Shown here: in pieces, positions 12,656 to 26,207 of the stretch | How the letters are laid out: each line of letters opens with the position of its first letter | Numbering within the stretch: the first letter of the stretch is position 1 | Origin: the human T2T-CHM13v2.0 reference genome, Homo sapiens | Assembly: GCF_009914755.1 (NCBI RefSeq) | Contig: NC_060925.1 | Strand: one strand, 5' to 3' | DNA length: 64,000 nucleotides | The notes under the pieces: model-generated | Databases searched by the model: none | What the model was told of the DNA's origin: nothing | Seen by the model: the letters and a program-made list of their open reading frames with translations, nothing else | Program-made: the position numbers and the translations under genes

Positions 12656-13808
12656 TTAAAGAGAAAATACTAGGTATCTTGACTCTAAAACCAGTATTCT
12701 TTCTCTGTACCAGGTTGTAAAGAACTTTATAGTTTCAAAATCACCAATATATTCAAGGCTTTATTTTATCTTTTCAGCATCCTTGTGAAGTAAGCAATAA
12801 ATCATTACTATTGCTATTTTACAGAGGAGAAAGTGGAATGAAGCTGGAAATGATAGGTCTGGCTTAAGGTCAAACAGAGGCTTTATTGTCTGACTTCAAA
12901 TATACTTCTCTATCCATGATTCTGCAGGTAATCTCCTTCCCCAGATCTAGCCTGAAAGAAAACAAACAAACAAGCCAAAGGGGGAAAGAAATCAGAGCCT
13001 AGCAGAGATTCTCAGACGGCCTAAAAGAAGGCCTATTTTCAGGGTTTGGAAATCCATTTAATTTCCTCTAATCATAGGCTGTCCTAAATAAGACCAAAGT
13101 TGCTGAGGGACTTTAAGGTCAAGGGAAACTCCTATAGATTCAAGAGGGACCAACCCAAGCCTGCAAACGTCTGGGGAGATACCTGCCAACTGGTGGCCTT
13201 TCCTTCCAACGAGCAGCTGCCTTCATGAGGAGCAGCGGGTAGTCCCAGAACGTGCCAGGTGCTGTGGGGGCAGGAAGACACGGCGAGTTCGTCCCGAAGG
13301 GATCTTTTGTCCAGTTTGGAGGGTGGAGGCAGAATCTTCATGGGGCTAAGCTCATCCACTACCTGCTTCCAGAGACTTTAAGTAGGTGTAAGAATTGGAT
13401 TTTAAATTTTATTTTAAGTGACCCCAGTGCTAACCAGATGATTTAAGTTCCAGAGGGCATTCAAAGGAGGAGATGTAGAGGTAGTAAAAGAATTTTTGAA
13501 TTCTTTTGTTTGCTCACTCATTTATTCACTCAGCTCTCATTTATCGTGTCCTTAGCCTACAATGGGGAATCCCAGAGTCCAAATGCCCGAATTCACAAAT
13601 AGATTGTAAAAAATGCATTGAGTATCTACCATGTGCCGGGCACGTTTCATACATAAGTAGGGTGCTTCGAGGGAAGTATCATCATCCTGGTGAGATAAGG
13701 GAGACTCAGAGGCTAAATGACATGCCCAAGGTCACTCGACTATGGAAAAGTCAGTATTCATACCCAGGCCTGCCTGACTCCAAGCTCAGGCTATGGTTTA
13801 GATCTTTA

Positions 13809-14327
<519 letters not shown>

Positions 14328-15495
14328 TCATCATTCCCTTGCTATGTTTTTGGTTGTTTTAACCATGTGTTTCTGATAAACATGTGTGAAGACAACCCTT
14401 CAGTTTTGTTTTGTTTTGAACTTTATGTCAGTGTTTTGTGATGTCTTCTGCAGCTTGCTTTGCATCTTCCACATGCTTCTGAGATTCACCCAGCTGATAT
14501 ATGTGGCTTCAGTTTATTCATTTCCACTGCTGTGAAATTCCATTGTTTGAACACTGTGTCATATTTTATGTATCCAATTTCCTGTAGAAGGACGTCTAGG
14601 TCATTTTCAGTTGTGGTTTTTTGTTTTGTTTTGTTTTGCTATTACAAACAATGCTACAAAGAAAATTCTTCATCTTGTCTTCTGATGCACCTGACAGGGT
14701 TATATGGGTTCAGGGGTGGGCTTGTAGGGTTGCAGGGCTTGTTTGTGCTATATTTTTACTCAAGACAGCTCCAAAGTAGTTGTACCATTTTCCTTACAGC
14801 TTATAAGCTGGAGGAGAGTCTTCTGAGGGGCCACTGTTGAGCTTAGGAAAGGGAGCTCCAAAGTGTTGACTACCTAGCAAACCTCGAGATTAACCTTGAG
14901 AACCATCTGCCCTAAGAATGGTAATTTAATATGGTAATCCATGGAGCAGTGCACAGACTTGATAGTTTATCTCCAGAGCTGAGCCTCTGAGGTTGGAAAC
15001 ACTTGCAGTTATTGACCAACGTCCCAGGAGAAAACTGGCCTCCTAACTGACACAGGAGAACCAAGAACAATCGTGGCCATCTCACCTGACCTGCGAGACT
15101 TGGCATCTTTGCCAGAGCATGTGAGCTTGTGGGATTTTTCATGCATGTCCTTCTCTTGCAGCGGAATCTAAATTTGTCAGCCTTGGATTCAAGGGCATGT
15201 GATGTGACTGACTGGAGGCACCTAGATCCTGGCTGGGATTCCACCCCTCTCCCTGCTTGTTCTTCCTCCTTCTCACTCCCTTGCCTTCTACTAATATTTA
15301 TGTCCTTCTTTTACATTTTTGATTGGGTAATGCATTCAAAGAGCTGGAAGTTCAAAGTATAAAACTATATGAGGGAAAGTCTTGTTCCCACTACTCACTC
15401 CCACTTGCCTGCTCCCTTTTATTGAAGGTCATCACTTTTGTTGTATGTCCTTCTAGAATAGGGTTTTGTTTTGTTTTTGGTGTGTGTTATTTCTT

Positions 15496-15799
<304 letters not shown>

Positions 15800-16627
15800 T
15801 AAAATTATGAGCAAATATGAATATACAGTCTTATTAAAGCCCCCTGTTACAGGAAAGATAGCACACTATACATATGATTCTACCATTGCCTTTTCTCATA
15901 AAGAGGTATCTTAGATGTCTAGTCCATATCATCATAATAAACATTTCATTATTCTTTTTAAATAGCTGCGTTAATTTTCTACTCTATTCCACCAATATTT
16001 CTCACTTACTGTGCACCAATCTCTTTGCTGGGTGCTGGGGTCAAAATGATGAATCAAAAGAGGTCCTGCCTTCAAGGAGACTACAGCCTAAGGGCAAATA
16101 GACAAACAATTATGATGAACTATCGCAGGAGCTATTCATTCCAAAAATATGAAGTACCAACTGCTTGTCAAGCATTGCTCTTGGCAGAGGGGAGATGACA
16201 GAAAACAAAACCCATGAAAATCCCTGCCCCGTGGCGCTTCTGTCCTAGCAGAGCTCATGCTCTAGCACTGTGATAAGGGAGAGTAGGGGGTGGGCACATG
16301 GTGGGGCCCCTAACCCGGTCTGGGGGTCAGGGAAGGCTACCTGGAGGAAATAGGTGGACCGAGAGATAATGAGGGTGGTGTTGGCAGGACTTGGTTGGAT
16401 TTGACCGGGAGGGAGAGGAAGCCTCAGTCCTCTCATCTAAAATGAGGCAAATGACCCCGTCCCTGGGCTGCTCTGAGACTCTGATACAAGTAAGGCTCAG
16501 GGCAGTGGTGCTGTCCAGACCCATCCCTTCATCTGCTGCGGTGCTGCCCCCACCTTACCCCTCAGCCATGGTGTCCGTACTCCAGCAGGCACTCTGCCTT
16601 CCTGCCTTCTCAGCCCACTCCCCACCC

Positions 16628-19495
16628 CATCACACACACACACAACACACACCACACACACACCACATGCACACACCGCATACCACACCGCACACCACAC
16701 ACACACATCACACCATGCATACACACACACCCATCACACCGCACACCGCATACACACACACACTACACTACTCCCCACACATACACCCCCACACACATAC
16801 ACACACCATATACCACACCGCACATCACACACACACAACATGCATACACACACCCATCACACCACACACCACATACACACACACTACACCACACATGCAC
16901 ACACCACATTCCACACCGCACACCACACACACACACCATATGCATACCCCACATACCACACTGCACACCACACACACACACCATATGCATACCCCACATA
17001 CCACACTGCACACCACACACACACACCATATGCATACCCCACATACCACACTGCACACCACACACACAGCACACCATGCACACACACACCCTTCACACCA
17101 TGCACACACACACACCCTTCACACTGCACACCACACACACACACCACACATGCACACACTACATACCACACTGCACACCACACACACATCACACCATGCA
17201 CACACACACACCCTTCACACCGCACACCACACACACACTACTCCACACAAACACCACAAATGCACACACCACATTTCACACCGCACACCACACACACAAA
17301 ACACACACACCACACATGCACACACCACATTCCACACCACACACCACACATACACACACACATAACACACATGCACACACCACATACCACACCACACACA
17401 CACATCACACCATGCATACACACACCCCTCACACTGCACACCACAAACACACACACTACACCACACACACCACACATGTACACGCCACATCACACACCAC
17501 ATACACATACACACTCCTCACTGCACACCACACACACTACACCACACACATACACACACCTGCACACACCACATACTGCACCGCACACCACACACACATC
17601 ATACCACACATACACACAAACCCCTCGCACTGCACACTACATACACACATACACACTACACCACACACACACACTACATACCACACCACACACCACAAAC
17701 ATTCACACCATGCATACACCCTTCACACCACATACACACACACTACATCACACACACACCACACATGCACACACCACATACCACACCGCACACCACACAC
17801 ACAATTACACCTCTCATACACACACACCCCTCACACTGCACACCACACAACATACCACACGTGCACACACAACATACCACACCCTACACCACACACACAC
17901 ATTACAACACAAATACCACACACACCCCACACACCACACTACGCACCACACACATATGCACACATATACGCACAAACACACACACCACATACACACATAT
18001 TACACCATACACACTACACATGCACACACCATATACCGCACACATATGTGCACACATACACCCCACACACCACATACACACACATTACACCACACATACC
18101 ACACACACATTACACCACACACCCACACACCCTCCATACACATCCCCCCACACCACACACACATTACACCACACATACCACACACACATCACACACACCA
18201 CATACTACGCACAGGCACACACCACACCACATACATCACATACATACACACATCACACTACACCACACATGCAAACGTACATACACCACACCACATATGC
18301 ACATGCACACCACATACATGGGCACATCACACCACACATGCATGTATCCACACACCACATACACACCCCTCCACACACACACCACACACCACACATGCAA
18401 ACACAGTACACCCACCCACACCCACCCACACTCACACAGACAGACCCCACCCACACCACACCATGAACACCACACACCACAAACATACCATTCACACACA
18501 ACACAGACATCATGCACACCACACATCATACATACACCACACACACCACACATACACACACATCATATGCACACACCACATACCACACACATGCACACAC
18601 ACGCACATACACAGACACTCCACACCTCATACATACACACACCACACCACACCACACACACAACACACTCCACATGCACACACCACATACACACACACTA
18701 CACCACACATACCACACACACACCCCACACACCCCCTACACACCACACCACATATGGACATACCACATACCACACTGCACACCACATACACACACATTAC
18801 ACCACACATACTATACACACACAACACACTACACATACACACACCACATACCACACACACGTGCACACATACATACATACACCTCACACCACACACCACA
18901 TACACACACATTACACCACACATACTACCCCCACACCCTTCACACACAACAGAAACGTACACACACATTACATCACACATACCACACACAGCACTCACAC
19001 CACAAACATACCACACACACCACACATGCACACGCCACATACTACACACATGCACACACACACCTTACACACCACTTACATACACATCACAGTACATACA
19101 GCACACATGCACACATACATACACACCACACATCATACACATGCACACCACATACATATGCACATCACACCACACACACCACACATGCACATACCCACAC
19201 ACCACATACACACCACACACATCACACCACACACATCACACATGCCACCTACACCCACCCACCCACACCCTCATTCACAGACCCCACCAATACACACCAC
19301 ATACAAACACACATCATACACACATACCACACACACCGCAAACGCACAGCATACTGTACACACAGAACATATACATCACACATACCACACACCATACACA
19401 TACCACACACACACACAGACACATCAAAGACACACACATACCACATACCACCCACCCTCCACACACAACACACACCACCCTCAGACACGTACACA
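16628..19495. repeat. ~2.9 kb degenerate CA-rich (CACAC/CACAT) low-complexity tract containing a perfect 45-bp x3 sub-repeat (~16918-17067)
   Basis: Almost only C/A; catatgcatacccc recurs at 16937, 16982 and 17027. Confidence 0.95.
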
Positions 19496-20807
19496 ATCTT
19501 GGTACGGGCCATTGACCCTCTGCAGGAGTTCAACTTCCTGCCTAGCCTGGCCCATCCCCATCGCACCTAGGGAGCCTCCCGGAGTGCGCACAGCCCACTG
19601 TCACGGCTAGGCTGCCACACACCTCTCAGCCAGTCCGGTGTCACTGCCGGCGTGACTGTTTTGTGGACCCCATTGGACTGTGCGGTCCCAGGACTCCCAC
19701 GCCATGGGTGCTGCCTGGTGCCTGACCTTGCAGGGACCTGCTTGAGGCATTGCCTGTGGCTGGTGGACAGGACAGGCCACCAAACACTCAGTGAGGGTTG
19801 GGGACTTCTGCTGAGTGGGAGCAAATGGCAGGAACAGTCAGCATTTCCCAAAATCCCCGTGGGCGGTTTGGCACCCACCCAGGCCCAGCCCAGGTTTATT
19901 TGGTGATAAGATTTGGTTTTGTTTTTTCCCAAGCCCCAAGGGCGTGTGCCACCCAGAGCCCTGGCCTGGATTATCTGTTGCTCAGTGGCAGCCTGGAGCT
20001 GTGCCTCGCAGTGGGGCTGTGCGGGGCATGGGGTGCTCTTATTCATCCTGACCCTCTTCTTTACAGGGATGGTGATGAAGGACCCCAGAAGCGCTGCCTG
20101 TACACCCCCAACCAGGCTCCAGTGGGTGCCACTTGTCCCGGCCTGAAGTCACAGCCTCCAGATGCTGCCTCCCTCTGCCAATTCCTATACCTGCTGGGGT
20201 GGACACTGAGGGCCAGTCCCAGACTTGGGAGCAGGGTGGGAGTGGGATGGGGGGTGGTGCGTAGGGAGGACCTCTATGTGGCCCTGATTGTTGGCTCAGT
20301 TTCCTCTGCCTGGGGGATGGGTTGAGATGTCCCCTGGTTGTGACAGAACAGAGGCTGCAGGTTCTCAGCCCCTGCAATCCCCACCCTGCATTTGGAACAT
20401 TCTGTCCTGGCTCCTGAGTCTGAAGAAGGTGCAAAATGTGTGGTTTGGAACTCCTATTGAATCTGAGCGTGGCTCTGCCTCTTGCAGACTCAGAATCTTT
20501 TCCATTCTAGCTTCAGTGTGTCTGAGACTCATTGTTTGCTAAGGATTGATTCCATGAATGAGTGACCTGCCCTCAGTGGGGCCCATCCTTGATCGTAGGC
20601 TCTGTTGTTGCTGTCTTGAAACTCAATAATGTCTGAACAAGAGACCCGGATCTCCATTTTGCACCGGGTTCTGTAAATTATGTAGCCAGTCTCAGTTCAC
20701 TTTTAGTTGTCTGCCCTTTAGTATCTTTTTCATATCGAACCACGTAGATGTATTTTTAAAAATATAAAATCTAAGTCGCACAAAAGATAAAAACAAAGAA
20801 GGACACA

Positions 20808-20813
20808 TTTATT
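20808..20813 (-). terminator. RAB7B: RAB7B polyadenylation signal AATAAA
   Basis: tttatt on +; followed on - strand by GU/U-rich tgtgtccttctttgtttttatcttttgtg; ~2.1 kb after the stop. Confidence 0.75.
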
Positions 20814-21615
20814 ATTTGTTGTGCACCTTTAGAAATGGTCCACAGGTCCACTGCAGTGCACAAGCTGCTGCATGCACACCGCACGTGACAATCCAGTCTG
20901 CCTGACTCCCAGGACAGCCTGTGTGATATGCAAAATGCCATTCCCATGAGGGCGCATCATGTTTCCCAGGAGCTCTGAAGGACACAGATAGAGCTTGTGC
21001 TCTAGGCTGCCCCCCTGTTCCCGTGCTGGCTCCATGCTGGTGTCCAGAATGAGCCAGTTCACACTCCAGTGCCACGTGGGGGGAGAAGTGGCTCCCAAAC
21101 TCCCCTGCTGACCTCCCCCCGGCCCCTAGGTGTACCTTCCAAGTCAGATGACAGTCATAGGCTAACATCCCCAGCTTTGCCTGGAACTCAGGAAAGGATA
21201 CTTACGGGTAGACAGAAAGATTCTGCAGTGGGCTTGGACTTGGCCATTGAAGACCCTGAGAGGACATCTTGTCCACCCTCTCCAGGCTAGGCCCTGTCTG
21301 TGCTGCCTGGAGCCAGAAGAAAAAGATTCCAGCCTTGGAATCTGCAGGGAGGGAGACTCCTTGCAGTGAGCTTTCTTGCATTTCATTCTAGTATTTGCCA
21401 CAGATGCTGATTTCTTGCCTGAGTCATATATATTGAAGTTTTTGCTCATTTCTTACTAGGCTTAAGAAATTGGAATTCTCTGCCTTACAAATCCCAAAGG
21501 GCTAAACATGCCTCCAAGCCCATGAACAAGCTTTGAGCATCTGAAGGACAAAACCCCAGCTCCTAAAACGTTCATGAGCATCCACTTTCTGCTCAGCCTG
21601 GAAGAGAAGGAGCAC

Positions 21616-21634
21616 TGCTGCCCTCTGGTGGTCA
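21616..21634 (-). promoter_or_regulatory. CTCF core motif TGACCACCAGAGGGCAGCA
   Basis: Close match to the CCACCAGRGGGCRGY consensus. Confidence 0.6.
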
Positions 21635-22898
21635 GGCAGCAGAGCATCTAGGAGCCACCCAAGGGAGCTGGGTCCCCTTTGCTTTGTCTTTGGGACAGCA
21701 GCTTTGAGTATTAGGTCAATGGATGTCCTTTCACTGTTCCTGGAACATGGCAAGCTTGTTTTTGCCTCAGGGCTTTGGGTCTTGATGCTCCCTCTCCCTG
21801 GAATGTTCTTTCTCCAGCTCTCAGGTGACAGCTGCTTTCTCATTCTCTAGCCCTCAGACCAAATGCCACCTCCTCAGGGAAGCCCTCCTGGACCACTTCA
21901 TCTAAAATAGCAACTCATCCCACCCCCTGTCACTCTATCCCATTACCCTGTTTCCCTTTGTTTATAGCACTTACCTGCTATTTGGAAATATCTGTCTAGA
22001 GTCTGCGTCTCTCCCTCACCAGATGTCGGCTCCAGGAGGGCAGAGTCCCTGTGTTTTGTTTGTCACTGGACTTCAATGCATCGTACATAGTAGATACGCA
22101 AAAATAAACTTGTCAAAGAAGTAAATAAATGCATATTGACAACAGCTACTGGATTTAAGCACAGCTTCTGGTCCTCAAAACCACACTGTGATACAGGGGG
22201 CAAGGCACATCTCACCCCCACAGGACAGATAAACAAATTGAGACTCAGAGATTTATGTGAGTTGCCTGAGCACCCAGCAAGGAGGAATGAGCCATGGTCC
22301 CTTGTGGCTTCTCCTGTGCTCCCTCAGTCTTCTACCCTGGAGGGAGCAGAGGGGGTCTCAGGCACGACAGCTTCTGCCAGGAGCTGAGGCGGGCCCAGCA
22401 TGTGGGGTCCAGACCTTTACTCCTTAGTCTGCTCGTTGAAGGAGGCTGAGCTGTGCCATTGTCCAAAGCTTTGCTTGTGGCTGAGGGGTGTGAGGTGGGA
22501 GCGGGTGAGGAAGGTCTGTCCACAGGAGGATGTAACCAGACTCCAATCAGTGGCCGGTCTGCGGAGATGTGTGTTCTGGAGCGGGAGTGTTTGAGGGGTG
22601 GATGGGTGGGGAAAGCTGGAGCCACTGCGGAAACTGTGACTTCTGCAGGACCAGGGTTTGGCTCTGACATTCCGGGCTTCATCCAGACGCTCTCACTATA
22701 CTCAGCCTGAGCCAGGGGCTGCCCTCTGACTCTGGGCCCAGCACCAGGGTCAAGGGCTCTGCCGCAGAGCTTAGGCCCCCTGCACTGTGCTTGGGCAGGC
22801 AGTGGGGCTGGAGGGGGATGGTCACCTGTTCTCAAGCCTGGGGTGACCAGGCTCGGGGCAGGCTCTGTTTCTGGGCTTCCAGAGCAGGCGTCTGGAGG

Positions 22899-22976
22899 TC
22901 AGCAGCATCTGCTCCTTGACTGGTCTGGCGAGAGCTTGATGGATTCTGTGAGGTGATTTTCTAAGATGCTCTGGTA
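22899..22976 (-). CDS. RAB7B: RAB7B exon 6 (last coding; YQSILENHLTESIKLSPDQSRSRCC*), C-terminal CC geranylgeranylation motif
   Basis: Acceptor AG at 22977-22978 after ctttccttccccag; TGA at 22899-22901; 78 nt, phase 0. Confidence 0.96.
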   Translation of the reverse strand, partial: YQSILENHLTESIKLSPDQSRSRCC

Positions 22977-24850
22977 CTGGGGAAGGAAAGAGAGGCCGGC
23001 ATTCATGTCCTGAGATACAGAGTGCACCGCCCGCCCTTCATTTCTTAGTGGGCCTCAGAGCCTGGGCTCTTGTTTCCTCCCCATTATACTTCTGGGAAAC
23101 TGAGGCCCAGACAGGGAAGCCACTGGTGTTCCCCACCCTCCTTCTTCCCTGTGTCTCCCCTCCAGCCTCTTCCCAGGAGCCCAGAGCAGGTCAGTGTCTG
23201 AATTAGCGGCCCAAGTCTCCTGACCTCCAGCCATGTCCTATAACTTTCCATTCTCCAGAGGGGACAGCTGAGGTGTCATTTGGGCTTAGGCAGAGAGGTG
23301 ACGGCCACTCCTCATTTCTCCTGGAGACCTCTTCCTGCAAATATCCCAATACCCCCAACCTCCTTTTCATCCTGTCCACCTCTCAGCCTCCCCTACTCAT
23401 GCCTAGAAAAGCCCAGTCGGTCCTCTGTCCTGGCCACATCCAGGCAGCCCTCCCTAAAATGGACTCAATGTTTCTCCCGGGCCCTTTTGCTTCTCCAGTC
23501 TCTCTTGTCCCAACAAGGGTCCAGAGGAAGCCCCTTCTCGGTCTGCCAAGCTTCTGCCTTTCCAGCTGGCTCCACTTCTCACCAAGAGCCTGCCCCCCCT
23601 CCCCAGTTCAGGGGTTGGGGTGGTATGGAGGAGGGGGCCCTTCTTTAAGCAGATGGGTTCCTCAGGCTGAAGACTTTCTTCTTCAAGGGATCCCATCTCT
23701 TCACGCTGCTATGGCCTCTGCTAGTCACAGAGCTCAATCGCGTTCATGTTCCTCCCACAGCCAGTACTGTGGGCCTCGGGGTGAGTGATGAGCATTCACT
23801 CTACGTGGAAGGGGTTTGTGCTACATTGGCATGGACCTGAGCAGGGGCAGAGCATCCTGTGTATCACGCAAAATTGTCCCTGGCAGTCCATCTCAAGTGT
23901 CCTTCTCAGGGGGCAACTTCCAGGGACAGGGGTGCTGCCTCCTTGTCTCTGATTTTATCTCCCCGGCAGTTCCCAGGCTCAGGCCAGACACCCAGCTGGT
24001 GAATATCCACCAAATCCTTAATGCTCATGACCCTAGACCTCAGGAGGTGGTGTCCAGCCTTGCCTCCTGCACCTTGATGATGGTGGTGCCCCCAAATACA
24101 TAAGAAGATCCTCTGACACCCCATCACTCACTGCCACCCCCAGACTGAGCAGTAATGTACCCCGATGGCACAGAGCTTGTGGTGCTGAACCTGGGTCCAG
24201 CCCTTCGTCACGGAGTTGGTTTCTTGGGGATCCCCCATCTCTCACCCCCCACCCTGGTAGGATCTTGGGACTAGCAGAGTGAGCACCATCTGGGGTAGGT
24301 GTGAGAAATGTCCTCATTTGTTGCATGGGCAAAGCCTGAGGTTTTCATGCTAGTGTTGCCCTAATGACATCTGCACCCTCCCCGGGTGCAAGTCATCGCT
24401 GAGCTCTTTCCGTTAATGACATCATTTTCACTTGACAATGGCAGCATCTTGTTCCTCAGATTTCCTGCAAAACCTCCAGGCCATAATTAGGTTTCTATGT
24501 CATTCTGTTCTCCAGGCCCCAGGCCTCTTGACAACTTGTGAATCTAACTGTACAAGTAATACAACACTATTCCAATGCTTGCAGCATTTCAGTGGGGGTG
24601 TGACTGTGGGAGTCTGTCTCTGTTCCCCCAGTCTGGCCACCTCAGTGGCCTTGCCTTAAGTCCTGCATCCTGAGGACCATGTAAAGCTGCTGTGATTCAC
24701 TGAGCAGCTGCCAGCCAGCCCACTTCCCTCCACTGGATGTGGTGATTCTGTCTTTTTCCAATTAACCCCAAAAGAACTGGGCCTCTAGGCAATATCTCAT
24801 GCTACTGGAGCTGGGCCTGAAAAGCCCCAGCAGGGATGGTATTGCTAATT

Positions 24851-25248
24851 TTTCCTTCCCCTCCCCCTCCCTCCCCTTCCCCTCCCCCTTTCCCTCCCCT
24901 TTCCTCCCCTTCCCCTCCCCCTTCCCCTTCACCTCCTCTGCTTCCCCTTCCCCTTTCTTCCTTTCTTTGACAGGGTCTCACTCCTGTGGCCCAGGCTGGA
25001 GTGCAGTGGCACAATCATGGCTCACCATGGCCTGACTTCCTGGGCTCAGGTGATCCTCCCACCTTAGCCTCCCAAGTAGCTGGGACTACAGGCATGTGCC
25101 ACCATGCCCACCTAGTTTTTTATATTTTTAGTAGAGATGGGGTTTCACCCAGGCTGGTCTGGAACTCATGGGCTCAAACAATCCATCTGCCTTGCCGGAT
25201 GTAATCCCAAAATGCTGGGATTACAGGTGTGAGCCACCATGCCCAGCC
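24851..25248 (-). mobile_element. AluJ (24969-25248) with (CCCTT)-rich expanded tail
   Basis: Antisense Alu; polypyrimidine run at 24851-24968. Confidence 0.85.
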
Positions 25249-25410
25249 AGCATTGCTAACTTTCTGGAGCAAAACCTCACCACCCCATATCTTCCAAAGC
25301 TGGTGGATATCTCTTCTTTAATTATTAGGGCATCCTTCGTCATATTTTGGAACAACTAAATACCTAATCCTTGAATGTGGCTAAATTGGTTACTAAAGTA
25401 ATCTACCTTT

Positions 25411-25962
25411 CCTTTCAGAATGTTAACTGAACACCTACTCTGTTCTCTTTCAGAATGTTAACTGAACACCTACTCTGGTCTCTTTCAGATAATTAACTGA
25501 ACACCTACTCTGATTTCTTTCACAATGTTAACTGAACACCTACTGTGATTTCTTTCACAATGTTAACTGAACACCTACTCTGGTTTCTTTCACAATGTTA
25601 ACTGAACTCCTACTGTGGTCTCTTTCAGAATGTTAACTGAACACCTACTCTGGTTTCTTTCACAATGTTAACTGAACACCTACTGTGGTCTCTTTCAGAA
25701 TATTAACTGAACACCTACTCTGGTTTCTTTCACAATGTTAACTGAACACCTACTGTGGTCTCTTTCAGAATATTAACTGAACACCTACTCTGATTTCTTT
25801 CACAATGTTAATTGAAAACCTACTGTGATTTCCTTCACAATGTTAACCGAACACCTACTCTGGTTTCTTTCAGAATGTTAGCTGAACACCTACTCTGGTT
25901 TCTTTCACAATGTTAACACCTACTCCGGTCTCTTTCAGTATGTTAACTGAACACCTACTCTG
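25411..25962. repeat. 35-bp minisatellite (VNTR), 16 copies, consensus ~CTTTCA(G/C)AATGTTAACTGAACACCTACT(C/G)TGGT(T/C)T
   Basis: The ttaac core recurs every 35 nt from 25421 to 25911; copy 15 has a 5-bp deletion. Confidence 0.95.
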
Positions 25963-26008
25963 CTCTCAGCAGGTGCCTCACATATTGCTCTCTTTACTAC
26001 AAGGCTCA

Positions 26009-26207
26009 CTTGCAGAACTCAGACGTTTCCACCTGGTGTCTCGAGGATCCTTGAATGCAATGTGCTCACATGGACGTCATTATCCCTTTCTCTCATGAAG
26101 CTCCTGCTTTCTCCTTTGTTCCCCGTATTGCTTGGCTCATGGAATCACTAATCCATTGTCCCTTCATTTGCCAAGCTAGAAACCTGGTCATCAGCCTAAA
26201 CTGCTCC
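26009..26207 (+). repeat. Copy 1 of a 199-bp local direct duplication (L2-like sequence)
   Basis: Ungapped alignment to 28564-28762, ~20 mismatches counted by hand. Confidence 0.9.

Larger units (their letters stand above)
20790..22898 (-). other. RAB7B: RAB7B 3' UTR (contains L2 and MIR relics at ~21720-22330)
   Basis: Between the stop codon and the AATAAA; the distal end is approximate. Confidence 0.65.

Noticed and set aside
16391-19610. Long His/Thr/Pro-rich ORFs (891, 844, 352, 324 aa) and Cys/Val-rich antisense ORFs
   Set aside because: Artefact of a CA-rich tract that lacks stop codons in all plus frames; no splice or promoter context and no frame preference
25411-25962. CRISPR-like regular 35-bp periodicity
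   Set aside because: Head-to-tail tandem units with no unique spacers, no cas genes, eukaryotic intron; it is a minisatellite
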